Shown piece after piece: positions 51,989-63,007 of a DNA stretch of 64,000 nt. This DNA comes from Nitrosopumilus sp. Its GTDB lineage: Archaea > Thermoproteota > Nitrososphaeria > Nitrososphaerales > Nitrosopumilaceae. The stretch lies in the NCBI GenBank assembly GCA_965205675.1, contig OZ242186.1, positions 416,001 to 480,000 on the forward strand, written 5' to 3'. Position numbers and translations under genes: made by a program. Numbering within the stretch: position 1 is the stretch's first letter; each line of letters begins with the position of its first letter. The notes below the pieces were generated by a model. That model was given only the letters and a program-made list of their open reading frames with translations, made no database searches and was not told where the DNA came from.

Positions 51989-53025
51989 TGCTGTGGTTTG
52001 TAGGGTTAGGAATTTCGGGATTTAGATCAATTCCAAATGAGGCATTAGATGTTTTATCAAAAGCAGATATTGTGTATTTAGAACAATTTACCAGTCCAAT
52101 AGAAAAATCAGATCTAATAAAAATTGAAAAAGCAACAAAAGGGGAATTCAAACTTGCAAAAAGATGGCTAGTAGAAGATGGTAATGAGATTTTAAAAAAT
52201 GCAAAAAAAAAAGAAGTGGTACTATTAGCATATGGAGATCCTTACATTGCAACAACACACATTGAATTACGAGCAAGAGCAATTGAGGATAAAACAAAAA
52301 CACGTTCTATTCATGCATCTTCATCACTTACTTCAATGATAGGAGAATGTGGTTTGCATTTTTACAAAATAGGAAGAATTGCAACAATAATGAGTGAGAT
52401 GAAGTCATTGACAACCCCATATTATGTAATATACAAAAATATCATTGAGGGAAATCACACCGTACTTTTATTAGAATATAATCAAGACAAAGATTTTTTC
52501 TTAGATCCTAAAGATGCATTAAATGGACTTTTAGAAACCGAAAAAGGTCAAATAAGAAATGTCATCAGTCCATCAACATATGTTATTGTGGCATCAAGGA
52601 TAGGGTTTAAAGATCAAAATATTATTTCAGGTAAGATATCTAGTTTGAAGAAGACAGATTTTAAAAAACCTCCACATACCATAATTATTCCAGGTAGACT
52701 ACACTTTACCGAATCAGATGCCTTGAAAATATTTGGTCAGTGTATAGATAAACCATTTGATAATGCTGAAAAAACAAAGAAAATTTCTGTTCAAATGATG
52801 AAAAAATATGTGCCAATGGTCAAAGAAGCACTAGAAGAAGTGGAACCACTATACAAAGAACAAAAACAATTTCAAGGGATTTTAGAAAACGCTGAATTGT
52901 ATATTAGAGATGCAGAAAAATTCCTTGAAGATGGTCAAGATGAAGTGGCAATACTGAGTATAGGATATGCAGATGGTCTTGTTGATGCATTAAGATTAGC
53001 AAAAGGTCTTGAACCAAAGATGTAA
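51988..53025 (+). CDS. dph5: Diphthine synthase with C-terminal helical domain
   Basis: FVGLG, GDPYIATTH, HTVLLL. Confidence 0.9.
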   Translation: MLWFVGLGISGFRSIPNEALDVLSKADIVYLEQFTSPIEKSDLIKIEKATKGEFKLAKRWLVEDGNEILKNAKKKEVVLLAYGDPYIATTHIELRARAIEDKTKTRSIHASSSLTSMIGECGLHFYKIGRIATIMSEMKSLTTPYYVIYKNIIEGNHTVLLLEYNQDKDFFLDPKDALNGLLETEKGQIRNVISPSTYVIVASRIGFKDQNIISGKISSLKKTDFKKPPHTIIIPGRLHFTESDALKIFGQCIDKPFDNAEKTKKISVQMMKKYVPMVKEALEEVEPLYKEQKQFQGILENAELYIRDAEKFLEDGQDEVAILSIGYADGLVDALRLAKGLEPKM

Positions 53026-53069
53026 TTTTTAGCGATGAATTAAAGAGAGGGTCAAAAATAGAAAAAATA

Positions 53070-53687
53070 GTGGAGCGAATCGAAAAGACCATACTTTCCA
53101 TCATGTATGTATGCCAAATTGAAGGAAAAAAATCATTGAAAATAATTAAAGAAAGAAATATGCTTCCAGAAGATACCATTAATTCAAAAATTAATGAATT
53201 GATTGAAAATCAACTAGTCAATAAAGATAGAAACACTCTGACTGAAATGGGAAGAGATTCATTAAAAGTAGTATTAGCAGGAGGAGTTTTCGACATTATA
53301 CATCCAGGACATATTCATACATTAAATGCTGCAAAAGAATTAGGAGACGTTTTGGTTGTTGTAGTTGCAACTGACAATACAGCAGTAAAAATGAAGAAAC
53401 GTAATCCATTACACAGTCAAGAGCAAAGACAAGAGTTAATTAATTCATTATCAATGGTAGATCTTTGCCTAATTGGACAAGAACGGGATATGTTTAAAAC
53501 AGTAAATCGTGTCAGACCACAAATAATTGCATTAGGTTATGATCAAATTCATCAAGAGAAATTTATCACAGATGGATGTAAAAAAATACAACTTGATGCA
53601 AAAGTTGCAAGATTGCAATCCCCAATTCCTGAAAGTTCTAGCTCTAAAATTCAAAAAGAATATGGTGAATCAATTCATGGGATTTAG
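53070..53687 (+). CDS. ribL: FAD synthase (cytidylyltransferase family)
   Basis: GGVFDIIHPGH, LGYDQ; convergent with riboflavin kinase. Confidence 0.82.
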   Translation: MERIEKTILSIMYVCQIEGKKSLKIIKERNMLPEDTINSKINELIENQLVNKDRNTLTEMGRDSLKVVLAGGVFDIIHPGHIHTLNAAKELGDVLVVVVATDNTAVKMKKRNPLHSQEQRQELINSLSMVDLCLIGQERDMFKTVNRVRPQIIALGYDQIHQEKFITDGCKKIQLDAKVARLQSPIPESSSSKIQKEYGESIHGI

Positions 53688-54367
53688 GAATTAATTGAAA
53701 TTTTAATTGAAATTTTAGAACCATCTTTTAATTTTGCAATTTTTCTTAAACAAGATTTCGAAATTAACTCTATGATCGAATCATCATGATGTGTACGCTC
53801 AAGAATAATCAATTCACAGTTTGCAGAGTTGTTAAGTTTAGCAGTAAAGCATTTTACCCATCCATAAGTTCTCTTTCCATCAGAAAAACTTTTAATTTTT
53901 ACACCATCCAAAGTTTCAAATTGTTTGATCGCTTCTTGATGGATTTTTTGATCTAACCTAACATTAAGAGTTCCAGGATATGGTACATAACCAATTTTTG
54001 ATTTGAATTGTTTTGTATATCCCTTTAGTCCCATATAGTATGCACCTTCACCCATTCCAGAAACTAACGTACCTCTCAATTCAACATGAGAGGGAGATGA
54101 ATCAAGACTTTTTTGTAGAACGGATGAGAGTTTTACCATTTCAAAAAATCCTCTAGGAGTAATCTTAACAGAGATATTTCTACCATTAATAATTCTCTCG
54201 ATAAATTGATTTTGCTCTAATTCAACAAGATGTTTTGATGCAGATTGTTGAGATTTTCTTATACTTTTTCCAAGCGAAGATGTAGTAATAGAGACGTAGT
54301 TATATTTTGCCCCTTTAGAAAGTAAATATGAAAGAGTTAGAATATGTTGAATCTTTATCTCAGACAT
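53684..54367 (-). CDS. ribK: CTP-dependent riboflavin kinase with N-terminal HTH
   Basis: SQQSAS HTH, SGMGEGAYY, PYPGTLN, ERTHH. Confidence 0.92.
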   Translation of the reverse strand: MSEIKIQHILTLSYLLSKGAKYNYVSITTSSLGKSIRKSQQSASKHLVELEQNQFIERIINGRNISVKITPRGFFEMVKLSSVLQKSLDSSPSHVELRGTLVSGMGEGAYYMGLKGYTKQFKSKIGYVPYPGTLNVRLDQKIHQEAIKQFETLDGVKIKSFSDGKRTYGWVKCFTAKLNNSANCELIILERTHHDDSIIELISKSCLRKIAKLKDGSKISIKISINS

Positions 54368-54372
54368 CTATG

Positions 54373-55515
54373 TTAAGATACACCCAAGTCGCCAAATGTT
54401 TTTAGTTTTATTCCATCTGAATTAGATAGTTTTGCAACTCTATGTCCAATGACATATTCAACATCAGCGTTTTTTGCACCTTCTAAAAGTCTTTGAGTGA
54501 TAATGCCATCCAATAGAAGATATTTGATTCCAGATTGTGAAGATAATTTACTGACAACTTCACTTATTGGAACTTTGAATACTTCATTTTGATCATTATC
54601 CAATGCTACTGCTTCAAGTGTTTCATTTAGATTTACAAATACTTTGGTTGCCATTTCTGCAATAGGTTTATCATCTTCATTTTTTAGTTCAGGTGTGGGT
54701 TTTCCATTTTTAATCTCATCAGCAATAGGTCTTAGAATTTCATCTAATCTTTGTGGAGTTAATTCTTCAACTTCAACACCATTATCTGCTTGGATTTCAT
54801 AATCTAAAGTAACAAAAGATTTGAGTTCTCTGAGAATAAATCCACCGGCTCTATCCCCATCAAGGAAAGCAACTACATTATCTTTAGAATTACACAATTC
54901 TTTTATTGATTCATCAATTTTTGCACCTTCAATTGCAAGTACATTATCATATCCAGCTCTTAGAAGATTAATTACATCAGCTCTCCCTTCGACTAGAATT
55001 ACCCAATTAGAATCAAAAACACCAGAACTACAAGTTAGTTTAGATGCACCATATGTAGATAATTTTCCACCATCACCTTGGTGAACATCATTAAGCATAC
55101 TTTCACCTTCACTAACAGTTTTAGTTGCCCATTTTTGTTTGATTTCTTTTGCACGTTTTACAATATCATCTTTCTTTGCAGCTCGTACATCATCAATGGC
55201 TTCTAATTTGAAGGTACAATCAAATGGCCCTACTTTATCAATGCTTTCGATACCTGCTGCAATTAATGCACATGTATCAATATCAGTACTCATTGGAATT
55301 AACGCATCACCACTAGTAGTGTTAGATGTAGATTTTGCATTAATTTCAATACGGCCTACTTTAGAAACTCGTTGCAGTTCATTCAAATTCATCTCTGGGC
55401 CTAACAGTCCTTCTGTTTGGCCAAAGATAGCTCCGATTATATCTGCTCTTTCAACGAGTCCATCGACTTCATAGGAAAGCTTAACATGATATTTGACAAT
55501 TCCTGATTGAGGCAT
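54373..55515 (-). CDS. dnaG: Archaeal DnaG
   Basis: GAIFGQTEGLLG, VEGRADV, DGDRAG. Confidence 0.95.
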   Translation of the reverse strand: MPQSGIVKYHVKLSYEVDGLVERADIIGAIFGQTEGLLGPEMNLNELQRVSKVGRIEINAKSTSNTTSGDALIPMSTDIDTCALIAAGIESIDKVGPFDCTFKLEAIDDVRAAKKDDIVKRAKEIKQKWATKTVSEGESMLNDVHQGDGGKLSTYGASKLTCSSGVFDSNWVILVEGRADVINLLRAGYDNVLAIEGAKIDESIKELCNSKDNVVAFLDGDRAGGFILRELKSFVTLDYEIQADNGVEVEELTPQRLDEILRPIADEIKNGKPTPELKNEDDKPIAEMATKVFVNLNETLEAVALDNDQNEVFKVPISEVVSKLSSQSGIKYLLLDGIITQRLLEGAKNADVEYVIGHRVAKLSNSDGIKLKTFGDLGVS

Positions 55516-55660
55516 AAACTATTCATCTCCTTTATTATCATATTTTGAATTCCTGATTGCAATATATGAGGGTATCGCAAAAAATGGCATTAACAAATGA
55601 TATTGTTAAAAAAATAGGAAATTCTAGAAGAGTCTAAAAATGAAAAATAATGATATGTGT

Positions 55661-56011
55661 TTATTCAGTACTAAATGAGTGACCACATGAACAGGATTTT
55701 GTAACATTTGGGTTGTTAATTTTGAATCCAGAGCCCATTAGGCTTTCAATATAGTCTACGTTTGCACCTTGTAGATGGTCAACACTGTAGCTATCAACTA
55801 GAAGTTTAACGCCATTTTCTTCTAAGACAATGTCGTCTTCTTCTGGTGCTTTCTCAAATCCCATTCCATAAGATAGACCAGAACAACCACCGCCTTGAAC
55901 ATATACTCTAAGGTATTCAGGTGATTCTGCTTCTTCTTTCATGAATTCATGAATTTTTTCAGCTGCTTTTGCGGTAACTGTGACCATTTTTTGTGTTTGT
56001 TCAGTTGCCAT
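55661..56011 (-). CDS. erpA: Fe-S cluster insertion protein (ErpA/IscA)
   Basis: GGCSG, CSCGHSF. Confidence 0.9.
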   Translation of the reverse strand: MATEQTQKMVTVTAKAAEKIHEFMKEEAESPEYLRVYVQGGGCSGLSYGMGFEKAPEEDDIVLEENGVKLLVDSYSVDHLQGANVDYIESLMGSGFKINNPNVTKSCSCGHSFSTE

Positions 56012-56109
56012 TATAAATAAAAATGACGATTCAAATTATAATAATCTTTTCACACCTGACACAGTGGGAATTAATGAAAATAGTGTATTTTTGTTAAGAT
56101 TATAATTGT

Positions 56110-56476
56110 CAGTGATCAGCAATATGCGTGATTCAATCACTTGAAGTGATTATTCCAACGACTTTGTCATCTTCAATTACAGGTAATTTTCAGACATTTC
56201 AAATAGGCATTAAATCAAACGCCATTTACAAATCAAAGTTTAGATCTATTGGATTAAAGGTAATGCATTATTCGTTTGACAGGGATATATTAATAGAATA
56301 AAAATGTGTGATAATTTTAATTGCAAAATTTCTATTAGTTGTGATTCCAACTGAAAGACTATTTTCCAAAACTACAATCGCATCAATTACAAGGTAAAAT
56401 ATTGATGACTTCTAGGAAATCTGTATTAGATAACACAGAAAATGTTTTTGAAATTATAGAATGGTGAATTGGCATA
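56110..56476 (-). pseudogene. CBS-domain protein remnant
   Basis: KLPVIEDDKVVGIITSSD fragment amid stops and frameshifts. Confidence 0.6.
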
Positions 56477-56613
56477 GTTACTGTGAAATAAAAAATATAT
56501 CAAAAATGATTTTCAAAAATACACTTCACCACAAAATAATAAAAGATGCTTTGTATTCAAATCAATTCTATCATCTGTACTCTTGAAATAGATAAAAGAC
56601 AATAATTAATTTC

Positions 56614-56729
56614 TAAAATCTTTGTTTTTGATATTTTTGTATGTATGTTGTCTAGTTTTATTCTAATTGATAAAATCTTTGTTTTTGATATTTTTGTATG
56701 TATGTTGTCTAGTTTTATTCTAATTGATA
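56614..56729. repeat. 57-bp tandem duplication covering the FtsZ-like stop codon and downstream DNA
   Basis: Two exact units starting 56614 and 56671. Confidence 0.9.
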
Positions 56730-57662
56730 CAAGTCTAATTCACAGTCAATACTACAATCTGATGTTGACCAATCAAGAGTATTTTCTTGTGGAATCGTTC
56801 CTAAAGGATCATAATTATCAAACTTTGTCATTCCTTGAATTGATGATAGCATTACTACTTTGGATTCTTCTGATGAACTCATATCGATCTGAGAATTGCT
56901 TCCACTAACAATCCCTGTTGTAAGATTTGTAATTGAATTGATTACTCCTACCGGTATGTTGTTTCCCCCAACGACATACAAAATTGAGCGTTTAACTGAA
57001 TTTGGTACTGCATTTTCATATAGCATTTTGAGTGAATCTCTTAGCGAATCTTCAATATTTTGACCATTTTTGCTTGTAGATAGAATGCTTGTTTCATCAG
57101 ATATTTCTGATGATCCTAGGGATTTCACAACATGCATCATTGCAGAATTTGCTATTTCATAACATGCTTTAGGACTTAGATCTGGATTGCTTTCAAGTAG
57201 TGAATCATTATCAAGTACTATGGTACATTCTGAGTTTTCTCTTATTCTTTTTAGAGATATACCAGAATTGAAAATTCTATCTTTTTCATATTTGAAAGGC
57301 ATAATTGCAAATGAAACTAATCCTGTTTCCACTTCTTTGCATATTTCTGATACTACAGGAGCCATAGCTGAGCCTGCTTTACCTGCTAAATTACTCATTA
57401 AGACAACTGTGGAATATTTTGAAACTTTTGATTTGATTTCTTCGAATACTTTGTATGTTGAGCCCTTGATTAACTGAACTGATGGGTTGACAACTGAATC
57501 TGTTGTAACATGTATTGATGTATTCCCTGCTGAGAAATCTTTTTTATTATTGCTAATTATTAGACAATCTGAATTTAGGAACTCTTTTGTTTGAATTGCT
57601 AATTTTGAGCCTACGCCCCCAAGACCTACAACTAAAATTGGTTCTTTAACTTGAAAACTCAT
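56715..57662 (-). CDS. ftsZ: Divergent FtsZ/tubulin-like protein
   Basis: VVGLGGVG, MPFKYE, LDNDSL; signature loop degenerate (LAGKAGSA). Confidence 0.8.
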   Translation of the reverse strand: MSFQVKEPILVVGLGGVGSKLAIQTKEFLNSDCLIISNNKKDFSAGNTSIHVTTDSVVNPSVQLIKGSTYKVFEEIKSKVSKYSTVVLMSNLAGKAGSAMAPVVSEICKEVETGLVSFAIMPFKYEKDRIFNSGISLKRIRENSECTIVLDNDSLLESNPDLSPKACYEIANSAMMHVVKSLGSSEISDETSILSTSKNGQNIEDSLRDSLKMLYENAVPNSVKRSILYVVGGNNIPVGVINSITNLTTGIVSGSNSQIDMSSSEESKVVMLSSIQGMTKFDNYDPLGTIPQENTLDWSTSDCSIDCELDLYQLE

Positions 57663-57734
57663 TCTGATCTTGTTTTCTGATTTAGATAAAAAACCTTCTT
57701 ACGTTTTTTTAATCAAATTTTAGATCGAAAAAAA

Positions 57735-59003
57735 TTAGCTTGCGATCTTACCAGTTAATCTCTTTACTGTAGCATCTGTGATCTCAACTATATATGATTG
57801 CCCTAATTTTACATCTTCTTTAATGGCTATAGGCTTGTAGGCAAAATTTCTACCCTTTATTCCTTCATCTGTCATCTCATCGAATAGGACTTTGCCTTTC
57901 CATCCGATCCACTTTTGATTGCTTTCCATTGATATTTTACTGATCTGTTCAAAAATTATCCTACTTCTGCGTTTAACTTCTGCCGTGTTAATTTGTTCCA
58001 ATTCTGCAGCATCTGTTCCTGGCCTTGAACTATACTTTGATAGATTGACAGAATCTGGTTTTGTTTCATCTAACAATGTTATTGTTTTTTGAAATTCTTC
58101 TTCTGTTTCAGAAGGAAAACCTACAATGATATCTGTCGAAATAGTAAATTTCTCAAATCTTTCTTTTACCCTATTCACGATTTTTCTAAACGTTCCAGAC
58201 GTGTGCCCTCGTTTCATATCATAAAGTACTTTATCACTTCCGCTTTGCACTGGAATATGTAAAAATTTGAACACTTTTTCATTATCAAAAGATTTGATTA
58301 AATTTTCTTTGATTCTTGGCATGTACATTGGATTCATCATGCCAACCCTTATCATGAAATCATTTGGAATTTCTGAAACTGCACTTATCAGTGATGGTAG
58401 ATCAGTACCAATATCAAACCCATAACATCCATTATCTGTTGATGTTAACCATACTTCTTTACATCCTTCTTTGATTTCAGTATGAACTTGTCTTACAATA
58501 TCCCCTAATCTATAACTTGAAAGATTTCCTTTTGATAATTTAGTTTGACAAAACGTGCATTCACTTAAACAGCCACTTGCAATTTCTACAATCCCCACTG
58601 TTGGATTTAGTCTAACTTTTGGCAGTCCAACTTTTGATACATCTGAATCTTCTAATGCTATTTGTTTTCTTCCTCCTAACGTTGAATTAATCACTTGAAG
58701 GGTTTTGCCTAATGAATTCGGCCCTAACAAACTAGCATTTTTTGAGAATTTCTCAACTGTTTCTTTTTCTGCTTTAGGTAAACATCCTGCTACTATGAGT
58801 GGTTTTGATTTTAATGAATTTATTCTATGCATCATTTTATTTGCAGTCGAATCTTTGACTGAACATGTAACTACAATATTTAGATCAGAATCTGAAGAAT
58901 TATCTGCTAATACGTGTCCTCCATTTTGAATCAATCCTGAAATCATTTCTGAATCTGCAAAACTGGCAGAACATCCATAAGCTTCTACAAAAATTTTCGC
59001 CAT
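57735..59003 (-). CDS. tRNA t6A methylthiotransferase (MtaB/MiaB-like radical SAM)
   Basis: GCSAS, CLSECTFC, HIPVQSGS, DIIVGFP, TRAM-like C-terminus. Confidence 0.9.
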   Translation of the reverse strand: MAKIFVEAYGCSASFADSEMISGLIQNGGHVLADNSSDSDLNIVVTCSVKDSTANKMMHRINSLKSKPLIVAGCLPKAEKETVEKFSKNASLLGPNSLGKTLQVINSTLGGRKQIALEDSDVSKVGLPKVRLNPTVGIVEIASGCLSECTFCQTKLSKGNLSSYRLGDIVRQVHTEIKEGCKEVWLTSTDNGCYGFDIGTDLPSLISAVSEIPNDFMIRVGMMNPMYMPRIKENLIKSFDNEKVFKFLHIPVQSGSDKVLYDMKRGHTSGTFRKIVNRVKERFEKFTISTDIIVGFPSETEEEFQKTITLLDETKPDSVNLSKYSSRPGTDAAELEQINTAEVKRRSRIIFEQISKISMESNQKWIGWKGKVLFDEMTDEGIKGRNFAYKPIAIKEDVKLGQSYIVEITDATVKRLTGKIAS

Positions 59004-59006
59004 GTT

Positions 59007-60368
59007 CTATCCAAATAGAGCGTCAATCTCTTTGTTATTCATTAGTCTCTTTGAAATTACTATCTCTCTGATAGTTTTTCCAGTTTTTAATGATTCTTTG
59101 AAAAATTCTGCAGATTTTAGATATCCGATTCTTGGAGTTAACAATGTGACAATTACTGGGCTGTTCTCAATATCTGCACGTAGTTTGTTTTTGTTAGCTG
59201 TTAACCCATCAATTAGATTTGCAGAAAATATTGGTAAGAAATTTTTAATCATATCTGTTGACTCTAACATACACTTTAGCATTCCTGGAAGCATGACGTT
59301 TAATTCAAACTGTCCACCTTGTGCCGCATAAGACACTGCTGTATCATTTCCAATTATGTTAAAACAAATCATGTTCATGCATTCAGCTAAAGATGGGTTT
59401 ATTTTTCCAGGCATGATTGATGAGCCTGCATGCACTGCAGGAATTCCTAATTCTGCCAATCCTGCAATTGGTCCTGATGCCATCAATCTAATGTCATTGG
59501 CAATTTTTCCTATTTCTAATGCCAAATTTCGTAATGCACTTGATAAATTTACAATTGCAAATTTACTTTGTAAACTATGCTGCATGTCTTTTTCCAGTTT
59601 TAGTGATAATTTTGAAATCTTTCCTAGTTCTGATACTGCAATCTTTCTGTAACCTTTTGGAGTATTAGCTCCTGTACCTACAGCTGTTCCTCCCAATGCG
59701 ACATATTGTAATTCTTTTTGTGCATCTGTGATTTCTCTCCTTGCTTTTGTCAGTGATGTTACATATGCGTCAAATTCACTACCCAATGTAACTGGTAATG
59801 CATCCATGAGATGGGTTCTCCCTATTTTCTTAAATGATGAAAATTGTTTTGCTTTTTTGGATAATGATTTTATCAAAATATCTATTGCAGGAATTGTCTC
59901 TTTTAGATTCATCAAAATTGCAACATGCATGGCAGTGGGATATGTGTCATTGCTTGATTGTGACATATTGACATGATCATTTGGGTGTAAGAATTCGTAT
60001 TGTCCTTTCTTTTTGTGAAGTACTTCTAATGCCACATTGGAAATAACTTCATTAGAATTCATGTTAAAAGCAGTACCTGCTCCAGAATTTATCATATCTA
60101 CAACAAATTGATCAGTATATTTTCCTGACAATATCTTGTCACATGCTGAAACAATTGCTTTTCCACGTTTTGCATCGATAGCTTTTGTCTTCATATTTGC
60201 AACTGCTGCTGAGCGTTTTATCATTACAAACGACTTTATCAAATTCTCGTGACTTTTGTTGCCTGTTACGTGATATTGTTTGATGGCTCTTCCTGTGAAT
60301 GCCCCATAATATGCATCAGATGGGATTTTGACTTTTCCAAGTGAATCTTGATCTAATCTAAATTTCAT
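59007..60368 (-). CDS. Class II fumarase / aspartate ammonia-lyase family
   Basis: HPNDHVNMSQSSND, GSSIMPGKINP. Confidence 0.92.
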   Translation of the reverse strand: MKFRLDQDSLGKVKIPSDAYYGAFTGRAIKQYHVTGNKSHENLIKSFVMIKRSAAVANMKTKAIDAKRGKAIVSACDKILSGKYTDQFVVDMINSGAGTAFNMNSNEVISNVALEVLHKKKGQYEFLHPNDHVNMSQSSNDTYPTAMHVAILMNLKETIPAIDILIKSLSKKAKQFSSFKKIGRTHLMDALPVTLGSEFDAYVTSLTKARREITDAQKELQYVALGGTAVGTGANTPKGYRKIAVSELGKISKLSLKLEKDMQHSLQSKFAIVNLSSALRNLALEIGKIANDIRLMASGPIAGLAELGIPAVHAGSSIMPGKINPSLAECMNMICFNIIGNDTAVSYAAQGGQFELNVMLPGMLKCMLESTDMIKNFLPIFSANLIDGLTANKNKLRADIENSPVIVTLLTPRIGYLKSAEFFKESLKTGKTIREIVISKRLMNNKEIDALFG

Positions 60369-60479
60369 GTTATCTCTACTCTATTTCCCCCCATTATTCA
60401 TTCTTTTATTGATAAGAACATTTTGACACATTCAATAAAAAGGGGAATTATTATATAGGAATTGTAAGGTCGTTGGGTT

Positions 60480-61901
60480 ATGAATAAGCGTGTTAGTATG
60501 CTCTTTACAATTACAGCAGTAGCTGTAATGGGAGCAACCTTATTCGGAAGCACATACACACAAACCCAGATTACTGGACAATCACTTGACATTACAAAAA
60601 TGGATGCCGATGTAATTGAACAAATCCATCAAATGGGTGGTTTACAGCTTGTAATGCCTCAAGCATTCGCAGAAACTGATTGTGGTGTACTTGAATCTTC
60701 TGGACGCACTGTCGTCGAGTTTGATTTGACTGGTGAAAGTGTTGAACTCCCAATTATGGGAGGGAAAACTTACAATGCCATGACCTTTAGTGGACAAGTC
60801 CCAGGACCAACACTAAGAGTCACACAAGGCGATGTTGTAAAAATGACACTTACAATTCCAGATGATGAAGTTACTGGACACGGTAATGACATGCATGCAT
60901 CACAATTGTCCTCAAGCAATTTTGAATCCGTTAATCCGGGTGAAACAAGTCAATATTGTTACATTGCTGAATCTGCTGGTGTTTTCAAATACCACTGTTC
61001 TGGTGTCAAACTAATTGGTATGGACCAACACGTTCTTTCCGGCATGTACGGAATTGCAATCGTTGATCCTATCAATGGCTATAAGAAACTCATGGTAGAG
61101 AAAACTTCAGTTAGTGGCGGCGAAGTTTCATTAGATAGGATGTTCTACGATGCAGATGCATTAGAGTTCCAACTCCAATACAATCAATTGTATTTGAATG
61201 ATGATGGCAATTATGATGCAACAGCAATGTTCCAACATCATAACACTGCAACAGTTGTTAATGGGATGCAATTTGGTTATGTACCAAACATGGCCCATAA
61301 TTTACTCGTCAATGGCGATGTAAACAGGAACATCTTTGTTGCACAACCATGGAATGGAATTGAACACAAACAATACCAATCACAACTCTTGTTTGTTGAA
61401 AATGATCAACATGTCAGACTCTTTGTTGAAAACCACGGTAACGAACCAGTATTTTTCCACATTGTTGGAGAAATTTTAGATAGAGTTACTCAAGGTAACA
61501 GAGTACAATCCGCAGCAACTGAAACATGGTTACTCGGAGGTTCACAAAACATGATTGTTGACTTGGTCTTTGATGAACCAGGTGCATATGCAGCAGTAAA
61601 CCATGATTATGCAGCAATTTACACTGGCGCTGCTACAGTATTTGTAGCAGGTGACCCATTCGGCTTGAACTCTGTTCTAGTTGAAAAAGGAGTTATCCCA
61701 GCACCAGTGCCATCTTATGCATATGCTTTAGGTAATCCAAGTGATGCTGTCCCACCAATGGGAATGAACAGTATTGCTCATCCTGCCCAAAACATTCACG
61801 GTTTAATGACTGATGATGTAGCTTCTGAAATGCAAGCAAGTGGCGATTATCTTGCATTATGGGAAATAATTCCTGTAGTGGCAGAAATCCTTACTTCTTG
61901 A
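60480..61901 (+). CDS. nirK: Copper-containing nitrite reductase (archaeal NirK)
   Basis: HGNDMH, YHC, HVLSGM, FHIVG, NH copper ligands. Confidence 0.92.
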   Translation: MNKRVSMLFTITAVAVMGATLFGSTYTQTQITGQSLDITKMDADVIEQIHQMGGLQLVMPQAFAETDCGVLESSGRTVVEFDLTGESVELPIMGGKTYNAMTFSGQVPGPTLRVTQGDVVKMTLTIPDDEVTGHGNDMHASQLSSSNFESVNPGETSQYCYIAESAGVFKYHCSGVKLIGMDQHVLSGMYGIAIVDPINGYKKLMVEKTSVSGGEVSLDRMFYDADALEFQLQYNQLYLNDDGNYDATAMFQHHNTATVVNGMQFGYVPNMAHNLLVNGDVNRNIFVAQPWNGIEHKQYQSQLLFVENDQHVRLFVENHGNEPVFFHIVGEILDRVTQGNRVQSAATETWLLGGSQNMIVDLVFDEPGAYAAVNHDYAAIYTGAATVFVAGDPFGLNSVLVEKGVIPAPVPSYAYALGNPSDAVPPMGMNSIAHPAQNIHGLMTDDVASEMQASGDYLALWEIIPVVAEILTS

Positions 61902-61969
61902 TCTTTTAATCTCTTTTTTTCTTTTTATTTTCTTAATGAATTATATTCCGTTGGTCATTTTATTTTGTT

Positions 61970-62902
61970 ATGGGATTTGAAGACTCTGTACTAATTTGTG
62001 ATGAAGTAGATCCTATATTGAATAAGATTTTGATGGATAATGGATTCAAAGTTTCATACGAACCTAAAATTACTAAGGAGCAAATTCTTGAAAAAATTAT
62101 CACTTTTAATATTGTAATTGTAAGAAGTAGAACTACAATAACAAAAGAGATGATCGATAAAGCTGACAATTGTAAAATAATTGCACGTGTTGGAGTTGGA
62201 TTAGATAATGTTGATCAGGAAGCAGCTAAAATTAGGAACATTAGAGTAATTAATGCAGTTGAAGGTGCAATGAATGCAGTTGCGGAATTAGTTTTAGGCT
62301 TGATGTTATCTCTTGCAAGACAAACTACAAGAGGAGATAGAGCAATTAGAAATAAACAATGGCTTAAAAAAGAACTAAAGGGAACAGAACTTAGAGGAAA
62401 ATATCTAGGAATCATTGGTTTAGGTAATATTGGAAAAAGATTAGGCAGACTTGCACGAGCATTAAACATGAATATCATTGGTTATGATGTAATGCCAATT
62501 GATGAGGAATTTACAAAAGAAGTTGGTTTGATGAAAGCTGATTTGAATACTCTTTTACAAAGTTCTGATTATATCTCTATACATGTCCCACTTTTGGATT
62601 CTACATACCATCTTTTAGATGAAGAAAAAATATCTACTATGAAAAAAACTGCAAAAATTATCAACACTTCTAGAGGTGGTGTTGTCGATGAAGATGCTCT
62701 TTACAATGCTCTCAAAAATGGTATGTTGGGTGGTGCTGCATTAGATGTATTTGAAAAAGAACCTGCAATTGGAACAAAATTAGCAGAACTTGACAATGTA
62801 ATTTTAACGCCTCATATTGGTGCCCAAACAAAAGAGGCACAATCTTTAGCTGCCAATGTGATTGCTGAAAAAATTATCCAGATTCTCCGTGGTGTAATCT
62901 AA
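61970..62902 (+). CDS. D-2-hydroxyacid (3-phosphoglycerate-like) dehydrogenase
   Basis: RVGVGLDN, GLGNIG, INTSRG, TPHIGAQT. Confidence 0.9.
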   Translation: MGFEDSVLICDEVDPILNKILMDNGFKVSYEPKITKEQILEKIITFNIVIVRSRTTITKEMIDKADNCKIIARVGVGLDNVDQEAAKIRNIRVINAVEGAMNAVAELVLGLMLSLARQTTRGDRAIRNKQWLKKELKGTELRGKYLGIIGLGNIGKRLGRLARALNMNIIGYDVMPIDEEFTKEVGLMKADLNTLLQSSDYISIHVPLLDSTYHLLDEEKISTMKKTAKIINTSRGGVVDEDALYNALKNGMLGGAALDVFEKEPAIGTKLAELDNVILTPHIGAQTKEAQSLAANVIAEKIIQILRGVI

Positions 62903-63007
62903 TCTAATTCATGTGCATTTACTAAAAATAAGTAAAAAAGCTTGACTTTTACGTGATTAATTGTCGTCTCTTCGTTTTTAAGGTCTATTTGGAGGTCGAT
63001 TATTATA

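Noticed and set aside
56715-57662. Degenerate FtsZ signature as a novelty
   Set aside because: Divergent FtsZ is already known in Nitrosopumilus-like archaea
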